A stretch of DNA of 64,000 bases, taken from the NCBI GenBank assembly GCA_021787665.1, contig JAJYLN010000002.1, forward strand, positions 74,377-138,376, read 5' to 3'. Shown one piece after another: positions 15,209 through 24,892 of the stretch (position 1 is its first letter; each line of letters opens with the position of its first letter). The notes beneath the pieces were generated by a model, which saw only the letters and a list, made by a program, of their open reading frames with translations, had not been told where the DNA came from and ran no database searches. Made by a program: the position numbers and the translations under genes. The DNA is from a bacterium. Lineage in GTDB: Bacteria; JAMCPX01.

Positions 15209-17860
15209 TCAGTTATTCCCGCCGCCCGCGAATTGCGGACCCGTGACCGGGAAGAACTGCGGACCCGTCGTCGCACTGACAAGCTCGGCCACAGTACCCG
15301 AGTATTGCCAATTGGTGACCCAGACGTTTCCGGATGCATCAATGGCTATACCTTCGGGGGCAGCACCAGCGAGGAGATATGACCCTATGAGTTCGCCCGC
15401 AGGATTCAATTCTGTTACCGTGCCGTCACCGTCATTTGCAACCCAGACATTGCCCTTGTGATCGATCGCAATGCCTTCCGGCCCTGAACCTACAGGATAC
15501 GTACCGATGGTTACACCCATCCCACTCAATTCGGTTACGTTATTACCGCCATTATTCGCAACCCAGACATTGCCCTGCTGATCGATTGCAATGCCTTCAG
15601 GTCCGGAACCCACGCCATACGTGCCGATAGTTATACCGGTCGAGCTTAATTCGGTTACCGTCCCATCCCAAGAGTTTGTAACCCAGACATTGCCCGTGAA
15701 ATCTATGGCAACGCCCCATGGATAGTTGCCAACGGTGTAGGTATAGGCAATGCCCGTTGTCGTGATGTATTCGACCACTGTGTTACGGCTTCCTCCTTCG
15801 TCCGAAGCCCAGACATTGCCCGATGCGTCTATGGCAAGGTTACTCAGTCCTGAGCCTATGGGATAGGTCACGTTCGTGCCCGCGGTACCTATTTCGGTGG
15901 CCCCTCCATATTCCGAACCCGGGACCCAGACATCGCCTGCGGCGTCTATGGCTATGCCCCAAGGATATGAGACAACGGTGTAGGTCAACGTGGTACCTGC
16001 AACAGTCAATTCATTTACCGTGCCGTCAGATTGGTTAACAATCCACACATCGCCGGATGCATCTATAGCAACGCCTGCCGGGTAGTTGCCGACCAGATAG
16101 GAATTGATAGTGACGGGTAGGGCGCTCGTTTGATTGGAATATCCGGACTCGCCCTTGCTGTAAGCGGCGGTAACGACGAAGTAGTACCGGGTGCCGTCGG
16201 TCAGCGGCGATACCGTGTAGCCTGTTGTCGTTGTAAAACCTACATAGTTGTAAGGCCCGCCTGATATTGTCGAATCATACACCTTGTAACCCGTAATACC
16301 GGCCTTCATCTCTGTTACCGTGTTACTACCGTTATTCGCAATCCATATATTGTCGTTAGAATCTATCGCTATGCCCGCAGGACCACTGCCCACCGTATAG
16401 GTGCCTGCGGTGACATATCCGCTCGTCGTAGAGGTTATTTCGGTGACATTACCACTCCCATTATTGGTGACCCAAACATCTCCCGAGGCGTCTATTGCAA
16501 TATCTTCTGGGGATGAACCTACATTATAGGTGCCTGCAGTGACATATCCGCTCGTTGCAGCGGTTATTTCAGTGACATTTCCACTACCATTATTGGCGAC
16601 CCAAACATTCCCCGAGGCATCTATTGCAATACCTACTGGGTATGAACCTACATTATAGGTGCCTGCGGTGACATATCCGCTCGTCGTAGAGGTTATTTCA
16701 GTGACACTACTACTAAGATTATTGGTGACCAAAACATTCCCCGAGGCGTCTATCGCAATACCTTCTGGGTATGAACCTACATTATAGGTGCCTGCAGTGA
16801 CATATCCGCTCGTCGTAGAGGTTATTTCAGTGACCTGACCAACAGCATTATCATCGGTGACCCAAATATTGTTCGAAGAGTCTACCGCTATCCCCCATGG
16901 CTGTGTATTGAAACTATAGATACCTATGGTTGTGCCCGCAGGGCTTAACTCGGAAACATAGTTGCTCCTATAATTCGCAACCCAGATATTGCCTGAATGA
17001 TCTATCGCTATGCCTGCAGGACCATTACCCACCGTATAGGTGCCTATGGTCGTACCCGCCGGACTTAATTCACTTACGGTGTTACTATTATTATTGGTGA
17101 CCCATGCATCCCCCGATGCGTCTATTGCTATACCCCATGGCCCTGAACCCACGGAATACGTATTCCAGCTCAGTGATACCTGCGAATCACCCGCAACCGC
17201 TACAAGGTTATTTGGGCCCGGTACAGCCGGCGTGGCGCTCACCTCATTCGAGTATCCGCTCTCCCCTATACTGTTCACCGCGGTAACCACGAAGTAGTAT
17301 TTGGTATCGTTCGTAAGCCCCACTACCGTATCATTAAGATTTATTGTTGAGGTTATTTTTACGTACCCGCTCCCAGAGGTCGTGGACTCATAGACATTGT
17401 AGCTCGTTGCTCCCACGGATGCGCTCCAGGTCAGGGTAACCTGTGTATTCCCTGCCACTGCAACAAGATTGGTTGGTGCTGCAGGTGTAGTCGTCGGGGA
17501 CGCAGGTGTTGCACTCACCTCGTTGGAGTATCCGCTCTCGCCCGCGCCGTTGACTGCCGTGACCACGAAGTAATACTTCGTCCCGTTGGTCAGCCCGGTC
17601 ACCACGACGTTGGTATTGGTGGTTGAACTGATCCTTTTGTAAGGGCCTCCCGTGGTCGTTGCATCATAGACGTTGTAGCTCGTTGCTCCCTTTGAAGCGC
17701 TCCACTGCAGGGTTACCTGCGAGTTTGCCGGCGTTGCCGTAAGACCAGCAGGCGCTAAAGGCTTTGAACCGGAACTCTTGGAACTTCCCGAACAACCTGC
17801 CATGACTATCATGGCAAGTATACCAATCGTTATAAACGTAAAAATGGTTTTTGCACGCAT
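15209..17860 (-). CDS. Large surface lipoprotein with two N-terminal fibronectin type III-like domains and ~12 NHL-type beta-propeller repeats (…GIAIDASGNVWVTN…).
   Basis: Signal peptide plus lipobox (ILAMIVMAGCSGS). Good RBS (AAGGAG) upstream of ATG 17860. Repeated YNVY…KYYFVVTAVN Fn3 signatures and an IAID-x-SGN-x-WV-x-N NHL consensus. Confidence 0.7.
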   Translation of the reverse strand: MRAKTIFTFITIGILAMIVMAGCSGSSKSSGSKPLAPAGLTATPANSQVTLQWSASKGATSYNVYDATTTGGPYKRISSTTNTNVVVTGLTNGTKYYFVVTAVNGAGESGYSNEVSATPASPTTTPAAPTNLVAVAGNTQVTLTWSASVGATSYNVYESTTSGSGYVKITSTINLNDTVVGLTNDTKYYFVVTAVNSIGESGYSNEVSATPAVPGPNNLVAVAGDSQVSLSWNTYSVGSGPWGIAIDASGDAWVTNNNSNTVSELSPAGTTIGTYTVGNGPAGIAIDHSGNIWVANYRSNYVSELSPAGTTIGIYSFNTQPWGIAVDSSNNIWVTDDNAVGQVTEITSTTSGYVTAGTYNVGSYPEGIAIDASGNVLVTNNLSSSVTEITSTTSGYVTAGTYNVGSYPVGIAIDASGNVWVANNGSGNVTEITAATSGYVTAGTYNVGSSPEDIAIDASGDVWVTNNGSGNVTEITSTTSGYVTAGTYTVGSGPAGIAIDSNDNIWIANNGSNTVTEMKAGITGYKVYDSTISGGPYNYVGFTTTTGYTVSPLTDGTRYYFVVTAAYSKGESGYSNQTSALPVTINSYLVGNYPAGVAIDASGDVWIVNQSDGTVNELTVAGTTLTYTVVSYPWGIAIDAAGDVWVPGSEYGGATEIGTAGTNVTYPIGSGLSNLAIDASGNVWASDEGGSRNTVVEYITTTGIAYTYTVGNYPWGVAIDFTGNVWVTNSWDGTVTELSSTGITIGTYGVGSGPEGIAIDQQGNVWVANNGGNNVTELSGMGVTIGTYPVGSGPEGIAIDHKGNVWVANDGDGTVTELNPAGELIGSYLLAGAAPEGIAIDASGNVWVTNWQYSGTVAELVSATTGPQFFPVTGPQFAGGGNN
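16401..16916. repeat. Four tandem, >90% identical 129-bp units inside the NHL-repeat gene. They encode 43-aa units SGYVTAGTYNVGSYPxGIAIDASGxVWVxNNGSGNVTEITSTT.
   Basis: Unit starts gtgcctgc at 16401, 16530, 16659 and 16788, giving an exact period of 129 nt. Flanking NHL units are much more diverged. Confidence 0.8.
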
Positions 17861-17983
17861 GGTATTCTCCTTTATTTACAGCTCTTGCCTGTATAGCTTT
17901 GTAAGGGCGGTTTGCGAATCGCCCCTTTATTATGACATAGTCTAGGACATAAGTGATCTGTATGTCAAACATTTTAGATTAAC

Positions 17984-18010
17984 GTAAAAATCCACCGTCT
18001 TTGACGGTGG
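17984..18010 (-). terminator. Orphan rho-independent terminator on the minus strand. Stem CCACCGTC/GACGGTGG with 3-nt loop (17992-18010), and a T-tract on the minus strand (plus-strand aaaaa at 17986-17990).
   Basis: 8-bp GC-rich perfect stem. The U-run is only on the minus-strand side. Lies ~130 nt upstream of the NHL gene start. Confidence 0.5.
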
Positions 18011-18013
18011 TAG

Positions 18014-18130
18014 TTCACAAAAGCACGCCGGCGCATTGTGCTCAGGAAGCTCGTCGACTCCGGCATGATCGTGCGCGAGGGCAACGGCAAGAACGCGGTA
18101 TACTCCGTGAGAGAAAGTAATCCCCGGTAG
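18014..18130 (+). pseudogene. Remnant of the C-terminal winged-helix end of a transcriptional-regulator-like gene (…RRRIVLRKLVDSGMIVREGNGKNAVYSVRESNPR*).
   Basis: A 38-codon in-frame segment opening directly after a TAG, with no start codon or RBS. The sequence resembles the C-terminal HTH tail of AlbA_2/HATPase_c_4-type putative regulators. Confidence 0.35.
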
Positions 18131-18228
18131 AAAGTCTTCCGGGGCGGATCAGTCCTTTGGCTGAAAATGGGGTGAGCAAGTCTCACGTTGTCCTTGACAT
18201 TATTATCAATCAAACATAAAAACCTATC

Positions 18229-18849
18229 ATGAAGTTTGCGGCGCTCACAGGCGGGATCGGGATGGGGAAGTCCACGGTCGCTGACATGTTCAGGTCGCTC
18301 GGTGCGCTGACTGTCGATTCGGACGCAATCGCACGGTCTTACCTCGGGATCGGCACGCAAGGCTACGAACGGGTGGTGGCGCGCTACGGCAGCGACCTCT
18401 TGGACGACAGACGCGAGATCAGGAGGGACAGACTTGCAGAACGCATATTCAAGGATACGGCGGAAAGGAGATGGCTGGAGTCGGTCGTCCATCCCTATGT
18501 CTATGAACGGATCGGACAGGAGATCGAGGCCGCACGGGAGAAGGAAGGTATCATGATCATAGAGGTCCCGCTGCTGTTCGAGACGAAGGCGGAAGCGTGG
18601 CTGAGGCCGGTCATCCTCGTCGTGTGCAACAGGGACGCACAGATAGAGCGTATACGGCGGAGGATGCCGGGGCTTTCCGAGGAGAACATCATCGAACGGA
18701 TAAACGCACAGATGCCCATCGAGTTGAAGCAGAAGTCCGCGGACTTCATCGTGGACAACGCCGGGGACATCGCGCATACCGTCGGACAGGTAAAGGATAT
18801 ATGGAACATATTATTAAAGGATGGTGCGTATGAACCAGAAGGTAGATAG
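18229..18849 (+). CDS. coaE: Dephospho-CoA kinase.
   Basis: N-terminal GGIGMGKST P-loop. Length 206 aa, typical of CoaE. Confidence 0.9.
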   Translation: MKFAALTGGIGMGKSTVADMFRSLGALTVDSDAIARSYLGIGTQGYERVVARYGSDLLDDRREIRRDRLAERIFKDTAERRWLESVVHPYVYERIGQEIEAAREKEGIMIIEVPLLFETKAEAWLRPVILVVCNRDAQIERIRRRMPGLSEENIIERINAQMPIELKQKSADFIVDNAGDIAHTVGQVKDIWNILLKDGAYEPEGR

Positions 18850-20599
18850 CGTGCTTCGGTCGCTTGCCGCCCTGCCGATCGGCGACGGGGAGAACAAGGT
18901 CATGAGCGCGGCAGACGCCGTGAAACGGTTCGTGAGACCCGGCATGTCGATACACATCGGTATAACGAGCGGCATACCCTACGGCCTGTCGAACGAGCTG
19001 ATACGGCAGTTCTGCCGATCGAAGCCCGGTTTCGACATCATCACCCTCGGTGCGATCAACCACGTCATAACCATGATGCATCTCGGCATGACCAGGAAGG
19101 TCGTTACGACGTACGCGGGCGACCCCTACCCGTCGCCCACCCCGAACATGGTAGTGCAGAACCTTTACCTCAACAAGCAGGTGGAGATAGAGAACTGGAG
19201 CATACTCGCGTTTACCCTGAGGCTCATGGCAGGCGCGATGGGCGTGGGCTTTCTCCCGATCAACTCCATCACGGGCAGCACCATGGAGCAGGAGAACGCC
19301 GACAGCTTCAAGAAGATACCCCTGCCGTTCGACGGGGCGGGCGACATCGGTGTACTGAAGGCGTTCAACCCCGATATATCCCTATACCATGCCTTTGCGG
19401 CGGACAGGTCCGGCCATGCGATATTCACCCCGCCTTACGCGGAGGAGTTCTACGGCGCCTACGCGAGCAAGGGGGGCGTGATCCTTTCGGCCGAGCACAT
19501 CGTGGACGAGGACACGATCCGCAGGTACTCCCACCTGTCGAAGCTGCCCTCGTACCTGGTGAAGGCGGTGGTCCCCATGGAGTTCGGGGCCCACCCGAGC
19601 GGGATGTCGGAGAGCGGGTTCTCAGAGTTCGACGGGTACAGCGAGGACTACGACTTCATTCTCGGGTTCAGGGAGGCCGCAAAGTCCGTGGACAAACTCG
19701 ATGCGTGGATCGAGAAATGGGTAACGGGTGTCAAGGACCACGATGGCTACCTCAAGGGGCTCGGGGGACAGAAGATGCTCTACCTGAAGGGCAAGGTGAA
19801 GCCCCTCTCCTGGGCAGACGAGATCAAGGACGTCGTGGACGACATTTCCGTGTCGGACCAGCCCTCCAAGGGCGAGCTGATGACCGGCATCGCTTCGATG
19901 CTCCTTGAAGAGAGAATCAGGGCTGCCGGCTACAAGGCCATCCTCGCGGGCATCGGAAACTCCAACCTGGCGGCGTGGCTGACCGCGGTCAAGCTCAAGA
20001 AGGCGGGCGTGGATGTCGAGCTCATCGCCGAGGTCGGATTTTACGGCTACTATCCGAGGCCGGGGAACCCTTTCATCTTCAACTTCGCGAACATACCGGC
20101 ATGCAAGATGTTGACGAGTGCGTACGAGGCGCTCGGGCTGATGGTGGGCGGCGCTTCGAACCGGACGATCGGCATCGTCGGCGCAGGGCAGGTTGACAGG
20201 TTCGGGAACATAAACTCGACGAGGGTGGGGGACGGCATATTCCTCGTCGGCTCCGGCGGAGGAAACGACGTCTCGGCCGGGGCCCGGGAGACCATAGTCG
20301 TCTGCCCGCTGAACCAGATGCGCTTCGTGGACAAGGTCACGTACATCACGGCACCGGGCAAGCGGGTGAGCACCGTCGTGAGTGACATGGGCGTGTTCGA
20401 GAAGGACGCGAGCGGGGAGCTCGTGTTCACGAGGTACCCCTCACGGAAAGGCATGGATCTCGATGCGCACATCAAGGTAGTCAAGGAGAAGACCGGATGG
20501 GACGTCAGAATAGCCGACAAGCTGGTGCCGATGGAGTACCCGTCTCTCGAGTCCCTTATCACCATGCGCCTCTTCGATCCGCGCAAGGCGTTCCTGTGA
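18830..20599 (+). CDS. Fused family I CoA-transferase (subunit A-like N-half plus subunit B-like C-half; YdiF-like), ~590 aa. Substrate unknown.
   Basis: The N-terminus KVMSAADAVKRFVRPGMSIHIG…TYAG matches 3-oxoacid CoA-transferase A subunits. The C-half resembles B subunits. The ORF opens at ATG 18821, but ATG 18830 has better spacing to AAGGA. Overlaps the coaE 3' end. Confidence 0.65.
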   Translation: MNQKVDSVLRSLAALPIGDGENKVMSAADAVKRFVRPGMSIHIGITSGIPYGLSNELIRQFCRSKPGFDIITLGAINHVITMMHLGMTRKVVTTYAGDPYPSPTPNMVVQNLYLNKQVEIENWSILAFTLRLMAGAMGVGFLPINSITGSTMEQENADSFKKIPLPFDGAGDIGVLKAFNPDISLYHAFAADRSGHAIFTPPYAEEFYGAYASKGGVILSAEHIVDEDTIRRYSHLSKLPSYLVKAVVPMEFGAHPSGMSESGFSEFDGYSEDYDFILGFREAAKSVDKLDAWIEKWVTGVKDHDGYLKGLGGQKMLYLKGKVKPLSWADEIKDVVDDISVSDQPSKGELMTGIASMLLEERIRAAGYKAILAGIGNSNLAAWLTAVKLKKAGVDVELIAEVGFYGYYPRPGNPFIFNFANIPACKMLTSAYEALGLMVGGASNRTIGIVGAGQVDRFGNINSTRVGDGIFLVGSGGGNDVSAGARETIVVCPLNQMRFVDKVTYITAPGKRVSTVVSDMGVFEKDASGELVFTRYPSRKGMDLDAHIKVVKEKTGWDVRIADKLVPMEYPSLESLITMRLFDPRKAFL

Positions 20600-20661
20600 G
20601 GCATAGATCGAAATGTATCCCTCGTGCGATACGAGGGTTAACACAAAAGAAATTTCTTGTG

Positions 20662-21984
20662 TCATGCCTCCTTTTGTTTCTTTTGACCTTTTTCATCCCT
20701 CTCTGTATCCTACGGACTGCACGTGCCGACAGCCCGGTATCCGGCAGCATCCTCGTCGATACGAGGACGCAGACTTCCAACGGCGATCTGTCCCGGGAAG
20801 AATATCGGCTTACCCTGCAGGCATCGAAAAAAATCCGGAGTTTTTATGCCTACGGGGAGGTCTGGTTCAGGGGGTTCGGCATAACGCAACCGACGTCGTA
20901 TCTGCCACAGCTCCAGCAGTACAGCTCCAACCCACCCACGTACCTCGATGTACGACAGATATATGTCGAGTTCTACAGCTTTCTCCTCGACGACCTCGAC
21001 GTCAAGATAGGAAAGCAGATCCTTACCTGGGGTACCGCCGACGAGCTGAATGTGACGAACAATGTAAACCCCTATGACCTGGAAGACCCCTTCAGCTTCA
21101 ACAACAAGCTGCCCGTGCCCCTGCTTGTCGCTGAGTACTACTTCCCCAAGGATATATCCCTGACCGGGGTACTGGAGCCCCTGTTCGTGCCTTCCGTCCT
21201 TCCTTCGGACAAATGGATCGCGGCATTCATCCCGTCGGTGCCCATTCCCTCGGGGATACACATCAGCCAGATCAATATCAATGTGGACACGCCGAGGCAG
21301 TCCATGCCAAACGATCTGAGCTACGGCTTCAGGATAGCGAAGAAGGCGCTGTTCAACTACGATGTGTCTCTGAGCTATTACGACGGCTGGTATACCCTGC
21401 CGGAACCGGTGTCCGCAAATGCCACGCTCTCCGGGAGCAATATTATAGCGACGGCGAACGTCAAATTCCCGAGGCTATCCATTATAGGCGCCGATTTTGC
21501 CGGTTCCATCGGAGACCACGGTATCTGGGGCGAGGTTGCCCTGAACATCCCCCACCAGCCCGTCAGGTTCGAGAGCACGGTCATGGGTATTCCGTATCCG
21601 GCGGCTTCGTTCAACATTGCGACATCTCCGTTCGTGAAATATGTGCTGGGCACGGACTATACGTTCAACGACGGGACGTACGTGAACCTCCAGTTCCTTC
21701 ACGGCGAGTTCTACGAGATAGGCAACCAGCTCCAGAATTATATCGCGCTCATGTCGAACAGGAGCTTCCTGTACGGTCAGCTCATGGCACAGATCGCCGT
21801 GGTAGTCGAAGTGGCTCCCCACAACAAGACCGGCTATATGTTCTACCCGGAGCTCGACTGGATGCCCTACGACAACGTGAAGATCGCCGTCGGCAGCTTC
21901 CTGTTTGCAGGGGACAGCACCTCGGATTTCGGCAGCGTCGCGTCGGACTCGGAGGTCTTCCTGAAGGCCAGCTATATGTTCTGA
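20662..21984 (+). CDS. Predicted outer-membrane beta-barrel protein (DUF1302-like), ~440 aa.
   Basis: Signal peptide (…CLLLFLLTFFIPLCILRTARA). Alternating beta-strand pattern. The motif …RQIYVEFYS…KIGKQILTWGTAD… resembles DUF1302. C-terminal Phe (…KASYMF). No in-frame ATG lies before the signal peptide, so a GTG start at 20662 is assumed. Confidence 0.5.
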   Translation, partial: SCLLLFLLTFFIPLCILRTARADSPVSGSILVDTRTQTSNGDLSREEYRLTLQASKKIRSFYAYGEVWFRGFGITQPTSYLPQLQQYSSNPPTYLDVRQIYVEFYSFLLDDLDVKIGKQILTWGTADELNVTNNVNPYDLEDPFSFNNKLPVPLLVAEYYFPKDISLTGVLEPLFVPSVLPSDKWIAAFIPSVPIPSGIHISQININVDTPRQSMPNDLSYGFRIAKKALFNYDVSLSYYDGWYTLPEPVSANATLSGSNIIATANVKFPRLSIIGADFAGSIGDHGIWGEVALNIPHQPVRFESTVMGIPYPAASFNIATSPFVKYVLGTDYTFNDGTYVNLQFLHGEFYEIGNQLQNYIALMSNRSFLYGQLMAQIAVVVEVAPHNKTGYMFYPELDWMPYDNVKIAVGSFLFAGDSTSDFGSVASDSEVFLKASYMF

Positions 21985-22598
21985 TGAAGGTCAAGATATG
22001 CGGCATAACATCGATGGACGATGCCCTCATGGCATGCGAGTACCGGGCAGATGCGCTGGGGTTTGTTTTCTATAAAAAGAGCCCACGGTATATCGCACCC
22101 GAAGACGCGCAAGTCATCATAGAAAGAATACCTGCCTTTGTCTCGACCGTAGGCGTGTTCGTGGACGAAGACAGGAAGCGTCTGTATGCCGCCATGGACA
22201 CGAGCGGGATCGACTACGCCCAGCTTCACGGCGACGAACCGATTGCTATGGTCCACCGGCTCGGAAGAAAAGCCATCAAGGCGTTCAGGGTCAGGGACGG
22301 CGGCTCCATTGAGCAGGTGAACCGCTCCGGTCTCCGCGTCGTGCTGCTCGATGGCTACACGGAAGCCTACGGCGGGTCGGGCAGGGGCTTCGATCTCGGG
22401 CTCCTCAAAGGCCTGTCCGAAGACATCAGGGTAGTCCTTGCGGGCGGAATTACGCCGGATAATGCCGTAGAGATAGCACGCACCTACCGTCCCTATGCCA
22501 TCGATGTGTCGAGCGGCGTCGAGGAATCACCCGGAAAGAAATCCAGGGAGAAACTCCGACTGCTGTTCGAGAGACTCGCTGATGCCGGCATACGCTGA
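21984..22598 (+). CDS. trpF: Phosphoribosylanthranilate isomerase.
   Basis: MKVKICGIT… start and …LLDGYTEAYGGSGRGFD… motif. ATG overlaps the preceding stop (tgATG). Confidence 0.85.
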   Translation: MKVKICGITSMDDALMACEYRADALGFVFYKKSPRYIAPEDAQVIIERIPAFVSTVGVFVDEDRKRLYAAMDTSGIDYAQLHGDEPIAMVHRLGRKAIKAFRVRDGGSIEQVNRSGLRVVLLDGYTEAYGGSGRGFDLGLLKGLSEDIRVVLAGGITPDNAVEIARTYRPYAIDVSSGVEESPGKKSREKLRLLFERLADAGIR

Positions 22599-22713
22599 CA
22601 ACCGGGGGAATTTCCCTCCCGATACTAAAAATAGGATGGGCCGGGTACCCAGGTTCTCAGTCAGAGACTGATAAGTCCTTTAGCTCAGCTGGGCGTCCGG
22701 CCCGTGGCAGTAC

Positions 22714-24063
22714 CTATACCACCGGCAGGTCTTTCAGCGATTTCTTTATTTCGGCCTCCGGATACTCGTAGTCCTGCAGCTTGCCCCTGAGGAAGCTGTC
22801 GTATGCAGAGAGATCGAAGTGTCCGTGTCCGCTGAGATTGAACAGTATCACCCGCTCCTTGCCTTCTTCTGTTGCCTGCTTTGCCTCGTTGATAGCTCCG
22901 AGTATGGCGTGCGCTGACTCCGGCGCCGGTATCAAGCCCTCGGTCCTTGCGAACACCATCGCTGCCTCGAACACCGGGAGCTGGTTATACGCTACCGCCT
23001 CTATGATGCCCTCGTTGTAGAACTGGCTCACGAGCGGCGAGTCACCGTGATACCGCAGACCGCCCGCGTGTATGCCGGGAGGCACGAAGTTATGTCCGAG
23101 CGTGTACATCTTGACGAGGGGCGTCAGCCCGGCCTCGTCACCGAAGTCGTAGGTGTAGGGGCCCTTGGTAAGGGTAGGGCACGATGCAGGCTCCACCGCG
23201 AGCGCCCTGACTGCTTTTCCTGCAAACTTATCCATGAGGAAGGGGAACGCGATGCCCCCGAAGTTGCTGCCCCCGCCGCACGATGCGATGACGACGTCCG
23301 GATAGTCGTTGACCTTCTTAAGCTGCTCCTTTGCCTCCAGGCCGATGATGCTCTGGTGGATCAGCACATGGTTAAGCACGCTGCCGAGCGCATAGTTCGT
23401 GTCGGCGTGCGATACCGCGTCTTCCACGGCCTCGCTGATGGCTATGCCGAGACTGCCCGGGGACGACGGATCTTCGGCAAGGACCTTTTTGCCGGCATTG
23501 GTGAGCTCCGTCGGGCTTGCATGGACGTTTGCGCCCCACGTCTCCATGAGGATCCTCCGGTAGGGCTTCTGGTCGTAGCTCACGCGTACCATGTAGACCG
23601 TGACATCGATACCCATGAACCTGCCGGCCATCGCGAGGGCGCTGCCCCACTGCCCGGCGCCCGTCTCGGTCGCGAGCCTCTTGATGCCCTCCTTCTTGTT
23701 GTAGTAGGCCTGTGCAACGGCGGTGTTCGGCTTATGGCTGCCCGGGGGGCTGAAGCTCTCGTTTTTGTAGTATATTCTCGCCGGCGTCTTGAGGTACGCC
23801 TCGAGTCTGTGCGCCCTGAACAGGGGCGACGGCCTCCAGAGGGCGTAGATCTTGAGGACCTCTTCCGGTATGTCTATCCACCTCTTTGTAGAGACTTCCT
23901 GCTCGATGAGCCCCATGGGAAAAATGGGCTTGAGGTCGTCCGGGGTAACGGGCTTCTTTGTGCCCGGGTGAAGCACCGGGGCAGGCGGCTTCGGCATGTC
24001 CGCCATGATGTTGTACCACCTTCTCGGTATCTCTGTCTCGTCAAGTACTATCTTCGTCTGCAT
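22714..24063 (-). CDS. trpB: Tryptophan synthase beta chain, long TrpB2-type (449 aa).
   Basis: PLP-dependent TrpB fold with the N-terminal extension typical of TrpB2 (…[17 protein letters not shown]…). Confidence 0.85.
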   Translation of the reverse strand: MQTKIVLDETEIPRRWYNIMADMPKPPAPVLHPGTKKPVTPDDLKPIFPMGLIEQEVSTKRWIDIPEEVLKIYALWRPSPLFRAHRLEAYLKTPARIYYKNESFSPPGSHKPNTAVAQAYYNKKEGIKRLATETGAGQWGSALAMAGRFMGIDVTVYMVRVSYDQKPYRRILMETWGANVHASPTELTNAGKKVLAEDPSSPGSLGIAISEAVEDAVSHADTNYALGSVLNHVLIHQSIIGLEAKEQLKKVNDYPDVVIASCGGGSNFGGIAFPFLMDKFAGKAVRALAVEPASCPTLTKGPYTYDFGDEAGLTPLVKMYTLGHNFVPPGIHAGGLRYHGDSPLVSQFYNEGIIEAVAYNQLPVFEAAMVFARTEGLIPAPESAHAILGAINEAKQATEEGKERVILFNLSGHGHFDLSAYDSFLRGKLQDYEYPEAEIKKSLKDLPVV

Positions 24064-24064
24064 G

Positions 24065-24892
24065 TTATCTCCTTTCTGTACTAAGACTTGTTTTGAATCC
24101 GCTTATAAGCTCTCGTAGTTTCTTCGCGGGCGAGTCGGCACACATGAGGGCCTCTCCTATCAGGAACCCGTCTATGCCGAGTCTGAGGAATTCCGCTATC
24201 GTGGTTGCCGATGCTATCCCGCTCTCTGCTATCGTGTATACGGTATCCGGTATGTGCCCGGCAAGCTTTTTGACGACATCGGTGTCAATCTCGAAGGTCT
24301 CGAGGTTCCTCGAGTTGATGCCGACCATCCTCGCACCCGCATCCAGTGCTGTGGATAGCTCGTCCTCGCTGTGTACCTCCACCAAGGGCTCCATGCCAAG
24401 CTTCCTCGAGAGCCGGATATAGGCGCCGATACCGTTGCCGAGCAGCCTCACGATCAACAGAAGAGAATCGGCCCCCAGCGCCCTGGACTCGTATACCTGG
24501 AACTCATCTATGATAAATTCTTTTCTGAGAACGGGTATATCCCCGCTTCGCTTCGCTGCAGCAAGGTCTTCGGTGCTTCCCCCGAAATACGCGTTGTCAG
24601 TCAATACCGATAGTGCACAAGCCCCTGCAGACGCGTACTCTGCGGCGAGCCGTACGACATCGATGGGGCCGGCGAGCGTTCCCTTCGAAGGGGACCTCCT
24701 CTTGATCTCCGCGATGATGCGCGGTTGACCGGCCATGGTCAGGGCCTGCTCAAGAGAACGGGCAGGCGGAGCTTTATCGATGAGCTGCCGGAGTGCTTTG
24801 ATGCCGCCGGCCTGCTTCATCAGCCCGACCTCCCTGCGCTTGTCGGCCACGATATCTCTGAGGAAGTTCCTGCTATCGGCTGGCCCCGCCAT
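24065..24892 (-). CDS. trpC: Indole-3-glycerol phosphate synthase.
   Basis: …[13 protein letters not shown]… and …LLIVRLL… TIM-barrel IGPS signature. Confidence 0.85.
   Translation of the reverse strand: MAGPADSRNFLRDIVADKRREVGLMKQAGGIKALRQLIDKAPPARSLEQALTMAGQPRIIAEIKRRSPSKGTLAGPIDVVRLAAEYASAGACALSVLTDNAYFGGSTEDLAAAKRSGDIPVLRKEFIIDEFQVYESRALGADSLLLIVRLLGNGIGAYIRLSRKLGMEPLVEVHSEDELSTALDAGARMVGINSRNLETFEIDTDVVKKLAGHIPDTVYTIAESGIASATTIAEFLRLGIDGFLIGEALMCADSPAKKLRELISGFKTSLSTERR

Noticed and set aside
16401-16916. Regularly spaced 129-bp direct repeats that could be mistaken for a CRISPR array.
   Set aside because: The period is far longer than repeat plus spacer would allow. The units are in-frame coding NHL blades with no unique spacers and no cas genes.
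22640-22713. tRNA-like D-arm motif (TAGCTCAGCTGG) and long imperfect inverted repeats in the trpF/trpB2 convergent intergenic region.
   Set aside because: No acceptor stem or T-loop (GTTCGAATC-type) can be built, and the length is insufficient for a tRNA. Best read as a structured bidirectional terminator region.
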